In this document: in pieces, positions 40,889-50,132 of the stretch
How positions within the stretch are numbered: the stretch's first letter is position 1
Layout: every line of letters begins with the position of its first letter
Source: Pelagomonas calceolata
Lineage: Eukaryota
Assembly: GCA_918797485.1 (NCBI GenBank)
Contig: CAKKNE010000001.1
Coordinates: forward strand, 6,076,001 to 6,140,000
DNA length: 64,000 nucleotides
Reading direction: 5' to 3'
The notes under the pieces: model-generated
What the model saw: only the letters and a program-made list of their open reading frames with translations
What the model was told of the DNA's origin: nothing
The model's database searches: none
Translations under genes and position numbers: made by a program

Positions 40889-41602
40889 TTACTCCGCCGT
40901 CGCGGGCGCCGCCTCGAAGATCTGCTCTTCCGGGTCGTAGAGCTTCAGCAGCGACGTCAGCGCGACCGTCTTCTCGACGACCTCCTTGCGCTGCTGGTTC
41001 TGCGCGTTCGGCTTAAATGAGGCCGACGCGCCGCTCGACGGCGCGAGGGGCCCGCCGCCCGCTTTGGCCAGCGCCGCGGCCTGCGCCGCGTCGCAGCCGA
41101 GCACCGTGCTCAGCAGGTCCAGCGGCACGGCCTGGAACGTCTCGCTCAACAAATCCAGCAGTCCTCGCCGCATCTGGCCCTCGAAGCCGGGGCACGTGCT
41201 CTCGAAGCTCGGCTCGGCCCGCGCGGATTTCCAGAACTCGTCGAACTTCGAGGCCTCCAACAACGCGTCGGCCTCCGCCAGCCGCTTGCAGAGCGGGCTC
41301 CGCTCGATGAGCGCCTCGGGCACGATATACAACAAATTGTAGCCGTCGCCCGCCGGCCGGGCGCACAGCGCCTTCGCGAGCACCTGGGCGAGGACGGCGT
41401 CCTGGCACCGCGACGGCGTGAACTGGTAGAGTTTGGCCAGCGCCTTGTTGGCCGCGGCGTCGTACTGCTTATTTTGAACTTGCGCCGCGACGTAGGCCTC
41501 CAGGGGCGCGATGGCCTCGGGCGTGTATTGGTCCGGCGAGCTCAGCAGCGTGTCCAGTTCCGCGGGCCGCGCCTGGCTCGGCGGCGAGGCTGCTATGTCC
41601 AT
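40889..41602 (-). CDS. eIF3K: translation initiation factor 3 subunit K
   Basis: LEAYVAAQV..YDAAANKALAKLYQF.P, VLAKAL, LLEASKFDEFW, PGFE. Confidence 0.9.
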   Translation of the reverse strand: MDIAASPPSQARPAELDTLLSSPDQYTPEAIAPLEAYVAAQVQNKQYDAAANKALAKLYQFTPSRCQDAVLAQVLAKALCARPAGDGYNLLYIVPEALIERSPLCKRLAEADALLEASKFDEFWKSARAEPSFESTCPGFEGQMRRGLLDLLSETFQAVPLDLLSTVLGCDAAQAAALAKAGGGPLAPSSGASASFKPNAQNQQRKEVVEKTVALTSLLKLYDPEEQIFEAAPATAE

Positions 41603-41745
41603 GGCCGGCGATTTGGCGGCGATAGACGCAGTGAGCTCTGATCAACCAGCGCGGGGCACTGATGAGATGAATATATGAGCCCGAGATGCGCAGCTGTGCA
41701 AACAGGGCGGCACCAGGGGTACTTTGGCAAATCGTCGCCGTCCAA

Positions 41746-41774
41746 GTTAGCCAGCGTGCTGTAAGCCCACTAGC
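41746..41774 (+). promoter_or_regulatory. degenerate upstream motif
   Basis: GTTAGCCAGCGTGCTGTAAGCCCACTAGC in a divergent gap. Confidence 0.45.
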
Positions 41775-42001
41775 AAACCTAGTATGTTTAACGCTAGTCA
41801 CTGCGACGCGAAGAGAGCATTTTTGCAGCGTGCGAGGCCGCTCAGTGGTTGGCATATCTTCAACGTATCGCATTTGAGGTCTGCATAGAGTGCTGGCATC
41901 AATCATACTTCGTGCTAGCTCACAAGGCAAGTACAGTGCAGCATCGCAACACAGCAGCGATCAGCGCAAAGCAAGCAGCGAGCAGCGCAAAGCAAGCAGC
42001 G

Positions 42002-43972
42002 ATGGAAATCACCGCCGCCTCCTTCACGAACGAGGCCTTCGCCAACCTCCAGCCGCGGCGGCCGCGCGTGGCGAAGGACCCGTCGCTGCCGGTCTTAGCG
42101 GCGAGAGACGAGGTCCTCGCCGCGGTGCGCGGCCACAGCACAGTCCTAGTGGTGGGAGAAACGGGCAGCGGCAAGTCGACGCAGGTGCCGCAGTTCCTCC
42201 TCGACGCCAAACTGTGCGCGCCGCAGGACGGCCGGCGCCTCTGCGTCACGCAGCCCCGACGAGTAGCCGTCCTCACGGTGAGCGAGCGCGTCGCCGCGGA
42301 GCGCGGCGTGGAAATTGGCGGCGAGGTGGGCTACGCCATGCGCTTCGAGCGCAAGGCGTCGAAGAAGACTGCTGCGGTCTTCGCGACCGACGGACTTGTT
42401 GTCAGAGAGATGCTCGGCGACGAGCAGCTCCAGAGGTATGGTGTGCTGATCGTGGACGAGGCCCACGAGCGGAGCGTCCACACGGACGTGCTGCTCGGCC
42501 TCGCGAAGCGGACGCAGGCGAAGCGACCGCTGAAATTGATCCTCATGTCGGCCACACTCGACATCTCTTCACTCCAAAACTACTTCGACGACTGCGCCGT
42601 CGTCAAGGTGCCGGGGCGCCTCCACGCCGTCGACGTGTTCTACACTGTCGACGCATTGGACGACTACCACGAGGCCTGCGCGACGTGCTGCGCGCAGCTC
42701 CACGCGGACAAAACGTGCAAGGGCGACGTCCTCGTCTTCATGCCCGGCCAGGAGGAGATCGCGAGCTGCGTGGCCATGCTCGAGGAGCGGCTCTCTGGCG
42801 TTGTGGTGGTGCCGTTGTACGCGGCGCTATCCAAGGAAAAGCAGCTCGAGGCCTTCGCGCCGGCCCCAAGCGGCAAGCGCAAGTTCATCGTTTCGACGAC
42901 GATCGCCGAGACGTCCGTGACGGTCCAGGGCGTCCGGCACGTCGTCGACCCGGGCTGGGCGAAAAACCGGGGCTGCGACGCGCGGGGCTTCGAGGCTTTA
43001 AGAGTAGAAGCGACGTCGAAGGCGCAGGCTCGGCAACGCGCGGGCCGCGCGGGCCGCGAGGCGCCCGGCCGGTGCTACCGCTTGTATCCCGAGGCCGCCT
43101 GGGACTCGCTGCCCGACGCGACCGCGCCCGAGATTCTGAGATGTGATTTGGCCGGCGTCGTGCTCTCCTTGAAAGCGCTGGGCGTCGCGCGGCCGGAGAC
43201 CTTCGACTTCGTGACGAAGCCGCCGCGGCACGCGTTGCTCCGAGCCCTGGAGACGTTGTATGCGTGCGAAGCTTTAGATGACCGGGGCGCGCTGACGGCG
43301 CTCGGGCGGCGCCTCGCGTCGTTGCCCCTGCCGCCTTTATTAGCATCGGCCGTCGACCTCGCGTCTACGCAATTTAGGGACGGCGCGCCGGACGTGCTGT
43401 GGGTCGTCGCGGCGGTCGTCTCCTCCGAGCACGGGCTCTTCGTCCAGCCGCGGGGCGGCGAAGCGAGGGACAACGCCATCCGAGCCCGAGACGCCTTCGA
43501 GGACCGCAGCGGCGACCTGTGGACGTCGCGGAACGCGTTGAAGGCCGCCGCGAACGAACGGAACCGCCAGCAGTGGTGCCGGAAGCGGTTCCTCAGCGCC
43601 TCGGCGGTCGAGTCCGCGCTCCGCGTCCGGAAGCAGCTGCTCGACGTGCTCTCCAAAGAAATCTTCGCGCCCACCGAGGCCATTCCCCTCGACACGGCGC
43701 GGACGGCGGCGCTCGACTGCGTCGCGAAGGCTTTGTGTGTGCAGAACGCCGCGGTCCGCGACCCGGCGAAGCGGTGCTTTCGGGCCCTGCGCAACGACGC
43801 GGCGGTGTCCGTGCACCCCGGGTCGATTCTGCACGGCCGGAACCCGCCGCCCGAGGCTTTAGTGTTTGCCTCGTCCGTGCAAACGACGAAGCTCTTCCTG
43901 CGCGGCGTATCGGCCGTCGACGCGTCGACGCTCGCGCGGCTGGCGCCGCGCCTCTTTTCTACTGGTCTGTGA
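42002..43972 (+). CDS. DEAH-box RNA helicase (DHX33/Dhr2-like)
   Basis: GETGSGKST, TQPRRVA, DEAHER, MSAT, TIAETSVT, QRAGRAGR, HA2 and OB regions. Confidence 0.93.
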   Translation: MEITAASFTNEAFANLQPRRPRVAKDPSLPVLAARDEVLAAVRGHSTVLVVGETGSGKSTQVPQFLLDAKLCAPQDGRRLCVTQPRRVAVLTVSERVAAERGVEIGGEVGYAMRFERKASKKTAAVFATDGLVVREMLGDEQLQRYGVLIVDEAHERSVHTDVLLGLAKRTQAKRPLKLILMSATLDISSLQNYFDDCAVVKVPGRLHAVDVFYTVDALDDYHEACATCCAQLHADKTCKGDVLVFMPGQEEIASCVAMLEERLSGVVVVPLYAALSKEKQLEAFAPAPSGKRKFIVSTTIAETSVTVQGVRHVVDPGWAKNRGCDARGFEALRVEATSKAQARQRAGRAGREAPGRCYRLYPEAAWDSLPDATAPEILRCDLAGVVLSLKALGVARPETFDFVTKPPRHALLRALETLYACEALDDRGALTALGRRLASLPLPPLLASAVDLASTQFRDGAPDVLWVVAAVVSSEHGLFVQPRGGEARDNAIRARDAFEDRSGDLWTSRNALKAAANERNRQQWCRKRFLSASAVESALRVRKQLLDVLSKEIFAPTEAIPLDTARTAALDCVAKALCVQNAAVRDPAKRCFRALRNDAAVSVHPGSILHGRNPPPEALVFASSVQTTKLFLRGVSAVDASTLARLAPRLFSTGL

Positions 43973-43994
43973 AACTTTAATACAACTGTTTTGT

Positions 43995-45473
43995 TTACAC
44001 ACAAATCTTCGTCGCCCAGTCGTCGACCGACGCCTCGGCGGCGACCATGCGAGCGAGGTGTCGCTGCGCGGCCGTTGAGACGCGCGTGTCGCGCTCGGGC
44101 TTCCCCAGGTTGTTCTTGCTCTCGAAGTTCGTCATCACCGGTCCCGCGAGAACGACGAATTGTTGCGGCAGCGGCGTCAGGTTCGGCAGGTTAGAGCCTT
44201 CAAACACCGCATCGAGGGCGGCGCCGTCCAAGACGCCTCGCGCGTGCGCGACGAGCGCCGCGACCAACGTATTGACGAAGAGCGGCTCCGGCTGGCGCAT
44301 CGAGATGGACACGCGGCACCACGCGGCCCGCGGCGCGTCCTGCGCCGAGCAGCGCACGCGGCCTAATTTTGCGGTCTTGAGCCAGCCCGCGTCTTTGAGC
44401 TCGACGGCGCGGCGCGCGGCGTGGGCCATGCGCCGCAACGTCGCTTCGTCTACATATCGCGCTGCCTCGAGCGACGCAAACGGCGTGGGACAGCCGACGT
44501 GTTCCGCGGACGCCGTCGGCGCGGGAGCCGCCGACGAGGCCACGGGCGACGCGCCGCAGCACTTCCAAGGCACGAGCGCGATATACCGCTCAGCCTGGCG
44601 CCGCTCCGCCGCGAAGGGCCGGTCGGCAACGTCGGCGCCCTGGACGTCGACGTCCGGCAGTCTCTCCCGCAACCGGCGCACGAGAGACGGCAGATCCGCG
44701 AGCATTCGCTTGGGCACGTTGATCGCGACGCGGTTGCAGATCGCCGCGGGGGCGACGCGGAGGGGCACGGCCCAATTCAGGTGGCCGTGCTGGCCGACGA
44801 CGTGGTGCAGCACCTCTTGTAAACGAGGCGGTTCGTCGTAGCTGACCGTGAAGCACAGCGCGGCCGTCGGCTCCACCGCCGGGCGCGAGACGACGCCCTC
44901 GCCGCACGGCGTCGCCCGCAGGTGCGCGAAGAGCTTCGACCGCGAGGCGAAGGGCGCCTGACATTTGTCGCACGTCGCCGCGACGGCGGACTCCTTGAAG
45001 CGCTTGCGGATGCGCGCCGCGAGCTCGTCCTCCGAGGCATCTAAAGGCGGCCAGCGCGCGCCCGGCCCCGACACGGACTGGCCGTATTCTTCGAGGTAGC
45101 AGATCTGCTCTCCCCTGAACTCGAGCCGCGCGACTTGACAAAAACGCACGAGCTTCTCTGCCTTGTCGGCGCGCTTCTCCCGAAAATTGTCAAACTCCGC
45201 GAGCCATTTGACCACTGCTACCGGTCTCGTCGCATCGATGGCCAAGTCCCGTTCGACGTGGCGGAACCGAATACTCGTTTGTTTGCCGCAGATCTGCCGC
45301 AGCCAGTACTCTCGGATCTGCTCTCGTCCCACGAAGGTGCCGTTGCGGTCGAAGGCGCGCTCGATGTAGACTGCATCCTCGGTAAATAAAGCAGCGATGC
45401 GGTCCGCGTCTTGCGTGGTCCATGCTTCGCCGTATTCGCTGACTGCATGAATTACAGTGGTGCGGGCGAGCAT
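43995..45473 (-). CDS. SnoaL/NTF2-like domain, C2H2 zinc finger and degenerate TruA-like domain
   Basis: YGEAWTTQDADRIAALFTEDAVY..GREQIREYW; CDKCQAPFASRSKLFAHL; DVDVQG..PFAA...ERYIALVP. Confidence 0.75.
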   Translation of the reverse strand: MLARTTVIHAVSEYGEAWTTQDADRIAALFTEDAVYIERAFDRNGTFVGREQIREYWLRQICGKQTSIRFRHVERDLAIDATRPVAVVKWLAEFDNFREKRADKAEKLVRFCQVARLEFRGEQICYLEEYGQSVSGPGARWPPLDASEDELAARIRKRFKESAVAATCDKCQAPFASRSKLFAHLRATPCGEGVVSRPAVEPTAALCFTVSYDEPPRLQEVLHHVVGQHGHLNWAVPLRVAPAAICNRVAINVPKRMLADLPSLVRRLRERLPDVDVQGADVADRPFAAERRQAERYIALVPWKCCGASPVASSAAPAPTASAEHVGCPTPFASLEAARYVDEATLRRMAHAARRAVELKDAGWLKTAKLGRVRCSAQDAPRAAWCRVSISMRQPEPLFVNTLVAALVAHARGVLDGAALDAVFEGSNLPNLTPLPQQFVVLAGPVMTNFESKNNLGKPERDTRVSTAAQRHLARMVAAEASVDDWATKICV

Positions 45474-45619
45474 GCTGCGTGCTTGCAGTGGTGCTGCTGC
45501 AGGAGTGCTTGCTTCTAGCGGCCGTAGGTGTGCGCACAATTCTCGGACGCGGCGTAAGTATGAGCACGAATGCCAGTGAAGCGCTTGCAGTTTTCTGCAC
45601 GGCTACGCGCGCTCACGTA

Positions 45620-45643
45620 GCTAGCGGACTTTAAGACACTAGC
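45620..45643 (+). promoter_or_regulatory. upstream motif
   Basis: GCTAGCGGACTTTAAGACACTAGC in a divergent gap. Confidence 0.7.
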
Positions 45644-45900
45644 GTTCCCCTGGGTCTCTGTTCGGCGGCAAGCGCTACGGCCGCTAACCCCTTCATCTGA
45701 GGTGCTGGTAGTTCATAGGATTTGTTCGCAGACCCACCGAAACGATCCGCGTTATAGCGCGGTCGCACCAGGAGACCTGTGCCTCCAATCCAGGCAAGAG
45801 GCTCCTTGTGGCGCGTCGCGCGGGGACGCTACGAGGCGCAGCCGCGCCGTCGCGCTGTCGCCGCGGACACGAGATAGCAGCGCTCGTGAATTCGTGAAAT

Positions 45901-48645
45901 ATGCGGGCGTTTCTCGCCGTCGCGGTGCTCGCCGTGGCGCAATCGCTCTCTGAAGAAACACTCGCTGCTTTTGAAGCGCTAGGGGAAAGATACGGCAACT
46001 TTTATAATATAGATAATGAGCGATGGAGCGACGACGACAAACTCGCGCTGCTACATCTGAGATTAAAAGTGGACACTGGCGAGGGTCGGCACGTGCTGAG
46101 CGAAGGTGATATCGACCTGATCATCAAGGGGCTGGATGAGTTACCCGTCGTGCGCGGCGACATCCTCGAAATGATAGGTATGCATATTGGAGCATACAAA
46201 ACCTTAATCGAAGAGAATCACGCGGCCAACCCTCAGCCGGCTAGACAAGCCATGTACGACGACCCATTGATGTCCAGACTTCGGGGAAAGAAGACGTTCG
46301 AATGGTTGCTCGACTTTGCCGCACGCGAACGCGACCGGTGCGCGGTCACGCGGGTACAGAAAACTACGCGAATGTGTGAGTTCGTTCTAGACCAGTTGGC
46401 CAAGCTTTTCCTACTATTACTCACGCAAACAGGGTTTGATCCCGCCAGGCATCAGCTGCCAGCTCATCTGGCCTTCGATTCGCTAGTTGATTCGCATGCT
46501 GCCGAAATCATGGAGGCGTTCCAATTCGCGTCCGCTCATGAAGCGAACATGGCCCGTTCGCTGCTCTTCGAGAAGTCGGATGTTGTCAATGAGGTAGCGT
46601 GGACGAATCTGAAGGATAGGGTGTCGTCGGGCGAAAAAATGGCCACAAGCGACGTCGAGATGCTACTCCATCAGCTCGAGGTTCCGGCCGAACGGAAGGA
46701 CGCCTCCCTCCTTATAGCCAGTTACCTTTCCAGGCCTGTATTTCGCCGACGGCCTGCACGTTCAGACCCCTTGCATTCTCGTCTTTGGGAGACGGATACA
46801 ATCGATTACCTGCTCGACCTGGCCATGACCGAGCACAAGGAATGCGATCGGGCGGGGGGTTGTGGTGATGATGACAACGACTTTTTGGGGGGCATTACTG
46901 ATACCTTGATACTCTTGGCCTCGGACGCCGATGTGCATGTGGACAAGGGTGACGCAACACTGGCAGAGATAAACTTGCTCGGATACCTAGCTGCCCGAGG
47001 AGATGACCTCCTGGTGCTTGGCCAGCACAGGATTGACGCTGTGAAGGCGCGAGGCCACCTCGAAGGAGTGGAGATGGCGATCAGCCAAGTAGAGATACTG
47101 CAATCAATACTCCGCGGGCGTTTCGGTGTTCGACAAGTCGTACAAGATCTGCTGGAGCTTGTCTCGATGGCCACCGTCGTCGTACTAGCCTCGCTCTACG
47201 TCTGGAAGCGCCGCGCACCCGCCCATGAGCGCGCCGCGCGCGAGCTCCAGGACGATTTGGCGCCGTCTGCGCGGACGCGTCGCGGGCGCGTGACGGATGC
47301 CAGGGTCGCGTCGGTTCCCGTGTGGGCCACACTTTTCCGCGCTGCGGTCTGTTGCGTCGCTCTTCTCCACTCTGTTATAGTTCTTAACATGGAGCAAAAT
47401 AAGAAAGGCACGGCCTTGATAGTGGTGGTCGTGCCTTTCCTCTCTTGGAACGGAATTTGGACGGTCTTTGAGCGGTTTGCTCCAGAAGGCAGCATTTGGG
47501 GTCGCGTCGGCGCTGATGCCCTGATGCTATTGGAAATGATTGCTGGTTACGTGCCAGGTAGAGATTCTTCCAACTCAATTCGTACCGGGGGGGGCTTTTT
47601 CATCCTGCTCGGCACGGGCAGGCTCGTCTACGACAGCGTCGGCTGGCTGAGGCGCTTTGTGCAAAAGTCGGGCCCTGGCGCCGGTCGGGCGCCCCAAGCG
47701 GACGAGCGCCCGAGCACCGGCGCGCGGGCGTCGCAGCAGCGCGGCGCCCGCCCGGGCCTCCGGAAACGGGCGAATCGCGGGCGGCGACGCGACGCAACGC
47801 CCCGCGCACCTGAGCCCGACCCACCGGAGACTCAATCGGAGAATGCTGCGCCGAAACCAAAAACGTCAGAGCCCGAGCCGGAGCCGGAACCAACGCGCGC
47901 GACCGACGTGCAGGAGACCGTCCCGGAACCCACGGCACCGGAGCCGAAAGTGCCAGAACCCGAGCCCGAGCCGGCGCCCGTCGCCGAGTCGCGCGCGCCA
48001 TCAGCCGCACCGGTGCCCGAGGCGAAGGTAGAGGAGCCAGTCGTCGCGCCGACGGCCGCGCCCCTCGAGGCAAAATTGGAAGAGCCCCTCCTGGCAACTG
48101 AGGAGCCCGCCGCCGCGCCCGAGGGCTTCGAGATCGTGGCGCGCGTTTTAGAACACCTCAACGAGCCTCATCTCTTGCCTATCTTTGTCGCCGAGGAAAT
48201 TAATGATAACGTGCTGCCGTGTCTGGACCCGTCAGATTTGATTGGCCTGGGCGTGTCCCAGATGACATGCTTGACCATACTGGGCGCCGCGCACTCGGCC
48301 GCCAAGAACAAAAAGCTAGAGACGGAGGACGTGCTCGACAACGTCGCGAAGCATCAGAGCGTGCTCGAGGAAGCGCTCCGAGAGCATCGCGAAGAGATCA
48401 AGCGGCTTCGGATTCGTGAATTGCCCGAGGATCTCATGTGTCCCATCACGTGTGAAATTATGAAAGACCCCGTTCTCTGCGTCGAAGATGGCCATACGTA
48501 TGAGCGAGTCGCTGTGGAGCAGTGGTTCGCCACCGGCGCGCGCACGTCGCCGGCGACCTCACAGCACCTCGAGTCGACGGCACTCGCTCCGAATCATGTA
48601 GTTCGGAAGCTCATCGCCGCGCTGCTGGAGCAGCACCGGGGCTAG
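45901..48645 (+). CDS. membrane-associated U-box E3 ligase with SAM-like domain
   Basis: Signal peptide, several TM segments, Pro/Glu linker, SAM-like LLPIFVAEEI..DLIGLGV, U-box PEDLMCPITCEIMKDPV..DGHTYERVAVEQWF..TSPAT..LAPN. Confidence 0.88.
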   Translation: MRAFLAVAVLAVAQSLSEETLAAFEALGERYGNFYNIDNERWSDDDKLALLHLRLKVDTGEGRHVLSEGDIDLIIKGLDELPVVRGDILEMIGMHIGAYKTLIEENHAANPQPARQAMYDDPLMSRLRGKKTFEWLLDFAARERDRCAVTRVQKTTRMCEFVLDQLAKLFLLLLTQTGFDPARHQLPAHLAFDSLVDSHAAEIMEAFQFASAHEANMARSLLFEKSDVVNEVAWTNLKDRVSSGEKMATSDVEMLLHQLEVPAERKDASLLIASYLSRPVFRRRPARSDPLHSRLWETDTIDYLLDLAMTEHKECDRAGGCGDDDNDFLGGITDTLILLASDADVHVDKGDATLAEINLLGYLAARGDDLLVLGQHRIDAVKARGHLEGVEMAISQVEILQSILRGRFGVRQVVQDLLELVSMATVVVLASLYVWKRRAPAHERAARELQDDLAPSARTRRGRVTDARVASVPVWATLFRAAVCCVALLHSVIVLNMEQNKKGTALIVVVVPFLSWNGIWTVFERFAPEGSIWGRVGADALMLLEMIAGYVPGRDSSNSIRTGGGFFILLGTGRLVYDSVGWLRRFVQKSGPGAGRAPQADERPSTGARASQQRGARPGLRKRANRGRRRDATPRAPEPDPPETQSENAAPKPKTSEPEPEPEPTRATDVQETVPEPTAPEPKVPEPEPEPAPVAESRAPSAAPVPEAKVEEPVVAPTAAPLEAKLEEPLLATEEPAAAPEGFEIVARVLEHLNEPHLLPIFVAEEINDNVLPCLDPSDLIGLGVSQMTCLTILGAAHSAAKNKKLETEDVLDNVAKHQSVLEEALREHREEIKRLRIRELPEDLMCPITCEIMKDPVLCVEDGHTYERVAVEQWFATGARTSPATSQHLESTALAPNHVVRKLIAALLEQHRG

Positions 48646-48685
48646 TAGTAATGTTGTATTCCTGTCTTACCCAACCTCTCTTCTC

Positions 48686-49738
48686 TCAAAACATCCCCCC
48701 CTCGAACTGTTCCGACGCCTTCATGAGCGCGTGCTTGTGCTCCTCGACGTCGCCGAGGTAGTCGTGGAGCGAGTGGCCCAGGTACAATAATAACTGGGCC
48801 TCCTCCGGCGAGCACGCCTCGTCGTCGACCTCGTCCTCGTCGTCGTCGGAATCGCACGCGTACAGGTGCCCCCAGAAGTGGGCCGCCTCGTCCGTCTCCT
48901 CGTCCATGACCTCCAACTCGTCGCGCGCGTCCTCCAGCGCGCGCTCCCGCGCCTCCAGCGCCTCGAGCATGCACGTCTGGGGCCCTTTGGCGGGCGCCTC
49001 CCCAAACACCTGGGTCGAGGAGCCCTCCATCCTATGCATCACCTTCTCGATCTCCATGAAGTCGGCCTTGAGTTTCGACTGGAGGTCGCCGAAGGGGTCC
49101 TTCCCCGGGTCCTTGCAGGCCTGGATCCACTCGAGGATCCGCTCGACCTGCTTGTCGCACTCCTTCTCGGCCGCGGCCTCCTCGGCCTCCGTCCCCAGCT
49201 CGAAGTGGTCGTCCAAGGGGTGGGCGCCGGGCTTTGACGGGACGGGCTCCTCCTCTTGTGGGACGGGCTCCTCCTTCTTGACGGTCGTGCTGAACTCGTC
49301 GATGCCGTCGAGCGGGTGCGCCATCTTCTTCTTCGCCTTCTTCGCTTTGTCGCGCTTCTTCTTGCGCCGGCGCTTCTCGCGCTGCGACTTGCGCGCGGCC
49401 TTCTTGACCGTCTTGCTCATCTCCTCCTTACCTTCCGTCATGTTCTTGTACCGCGATTGGAGCTTGGCCATCCGCTCCAGCAACGCCTCGATGTCGGCCT
49501 TCTTGTTGGCGATCTTCATCGTCAGGCTGCCCACGTCGCGCCGCGTGTTCTCAAACCCTTGCGGCATACCACCCGTCAGCATCGCTTCGGGCAGGTCCCA
49601 CGCCGCCGGCGCGTCGTCTCCATTAAAATCCTGCTGCGCGTCCGCATACAGCTTCTGGGCCTCTCCATATAAGGCCGCTACATCGTCGTGGAGGCAGGAC
49701 GGCGAGTCCGGCGCCAGGGGCGAGGCGACGCAAGCCAT
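48686..49738 (-). CDS. hypothetical coiled-coil, charged protein
   Basis: 350-aa ORF with strong GC3 bias and two HPLD repeats. Confidence 0.75.
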   Translation of the reverse strand: MACVASPLAPDSPSCLHDDVAALYGEAQKLYADAQQDFNGDDAPAAWDLPEAMLTGGMPQGFENTRRDVGSLTMKIANKKADIEALLERMAKLQSRYKNMTEGKEEMSKTVKKAARKSQREKRRRKKKRDKAKKAKKKMAHPLDGIDEFSTTVKKEEPVPQEEEPVPSKPGAHPLDDHFELGTEAEEAAAEKECDKQVERILEWIQACKDPGKDPFGDLQSKLKADFMEIEKVMHRMEGSSTQVFGEAPAKGPQTCMLEALEARERALEDARDELEVMDEETDEAAHFWGHLYACDSDDDEDEVDDEACSPEEAQLLLYLGHSLHDYLGDVEEHKHALMKASEQFEGGMF

Positions 49739-50132
49739 GGGGTTTACGTGTCTGGCGCGACCGAGCGTGCTGTAGGGGCTGCGTCGGCGGCGTGCGCGCG
49801 GTGGCAGGTGCTGCGGGGCAGCCGCTTTTGCGAGTGCCGCGCTGAGGCAAAATCCAACAGTGTTCGGGGCGCGCCGCGCAGGAACTCTACGAGAGACACG
49901 AACGAGGCCTGAGAGAGGTACACGAGTCCTCCGGGCCAGGTCACGCTTATCTTTGGCACGCCTCGCCGTCCAGCGGCGCCGCGGGGTCCGAGGGCGCACT
50001 GAAAGAGAGAGAGAGTCGCTTCTAAGAGTCGCTTATTGTGGCTAGCCCCTCTAGCACGGACCCCGAGGGCGCCGCCGCACAGTTGATGGGCTAGAAAAAG
50101 GGACACTCCTCCTAAAAAGGGACAACTCCTCC

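Noticed and set aside
41953..42001. 21-bp duplication before the helicase ATG, and a similar one at about 12300-12350
   Set aside because: Short local slippage duplications in 5' UTRs with no shared sequence between sites.
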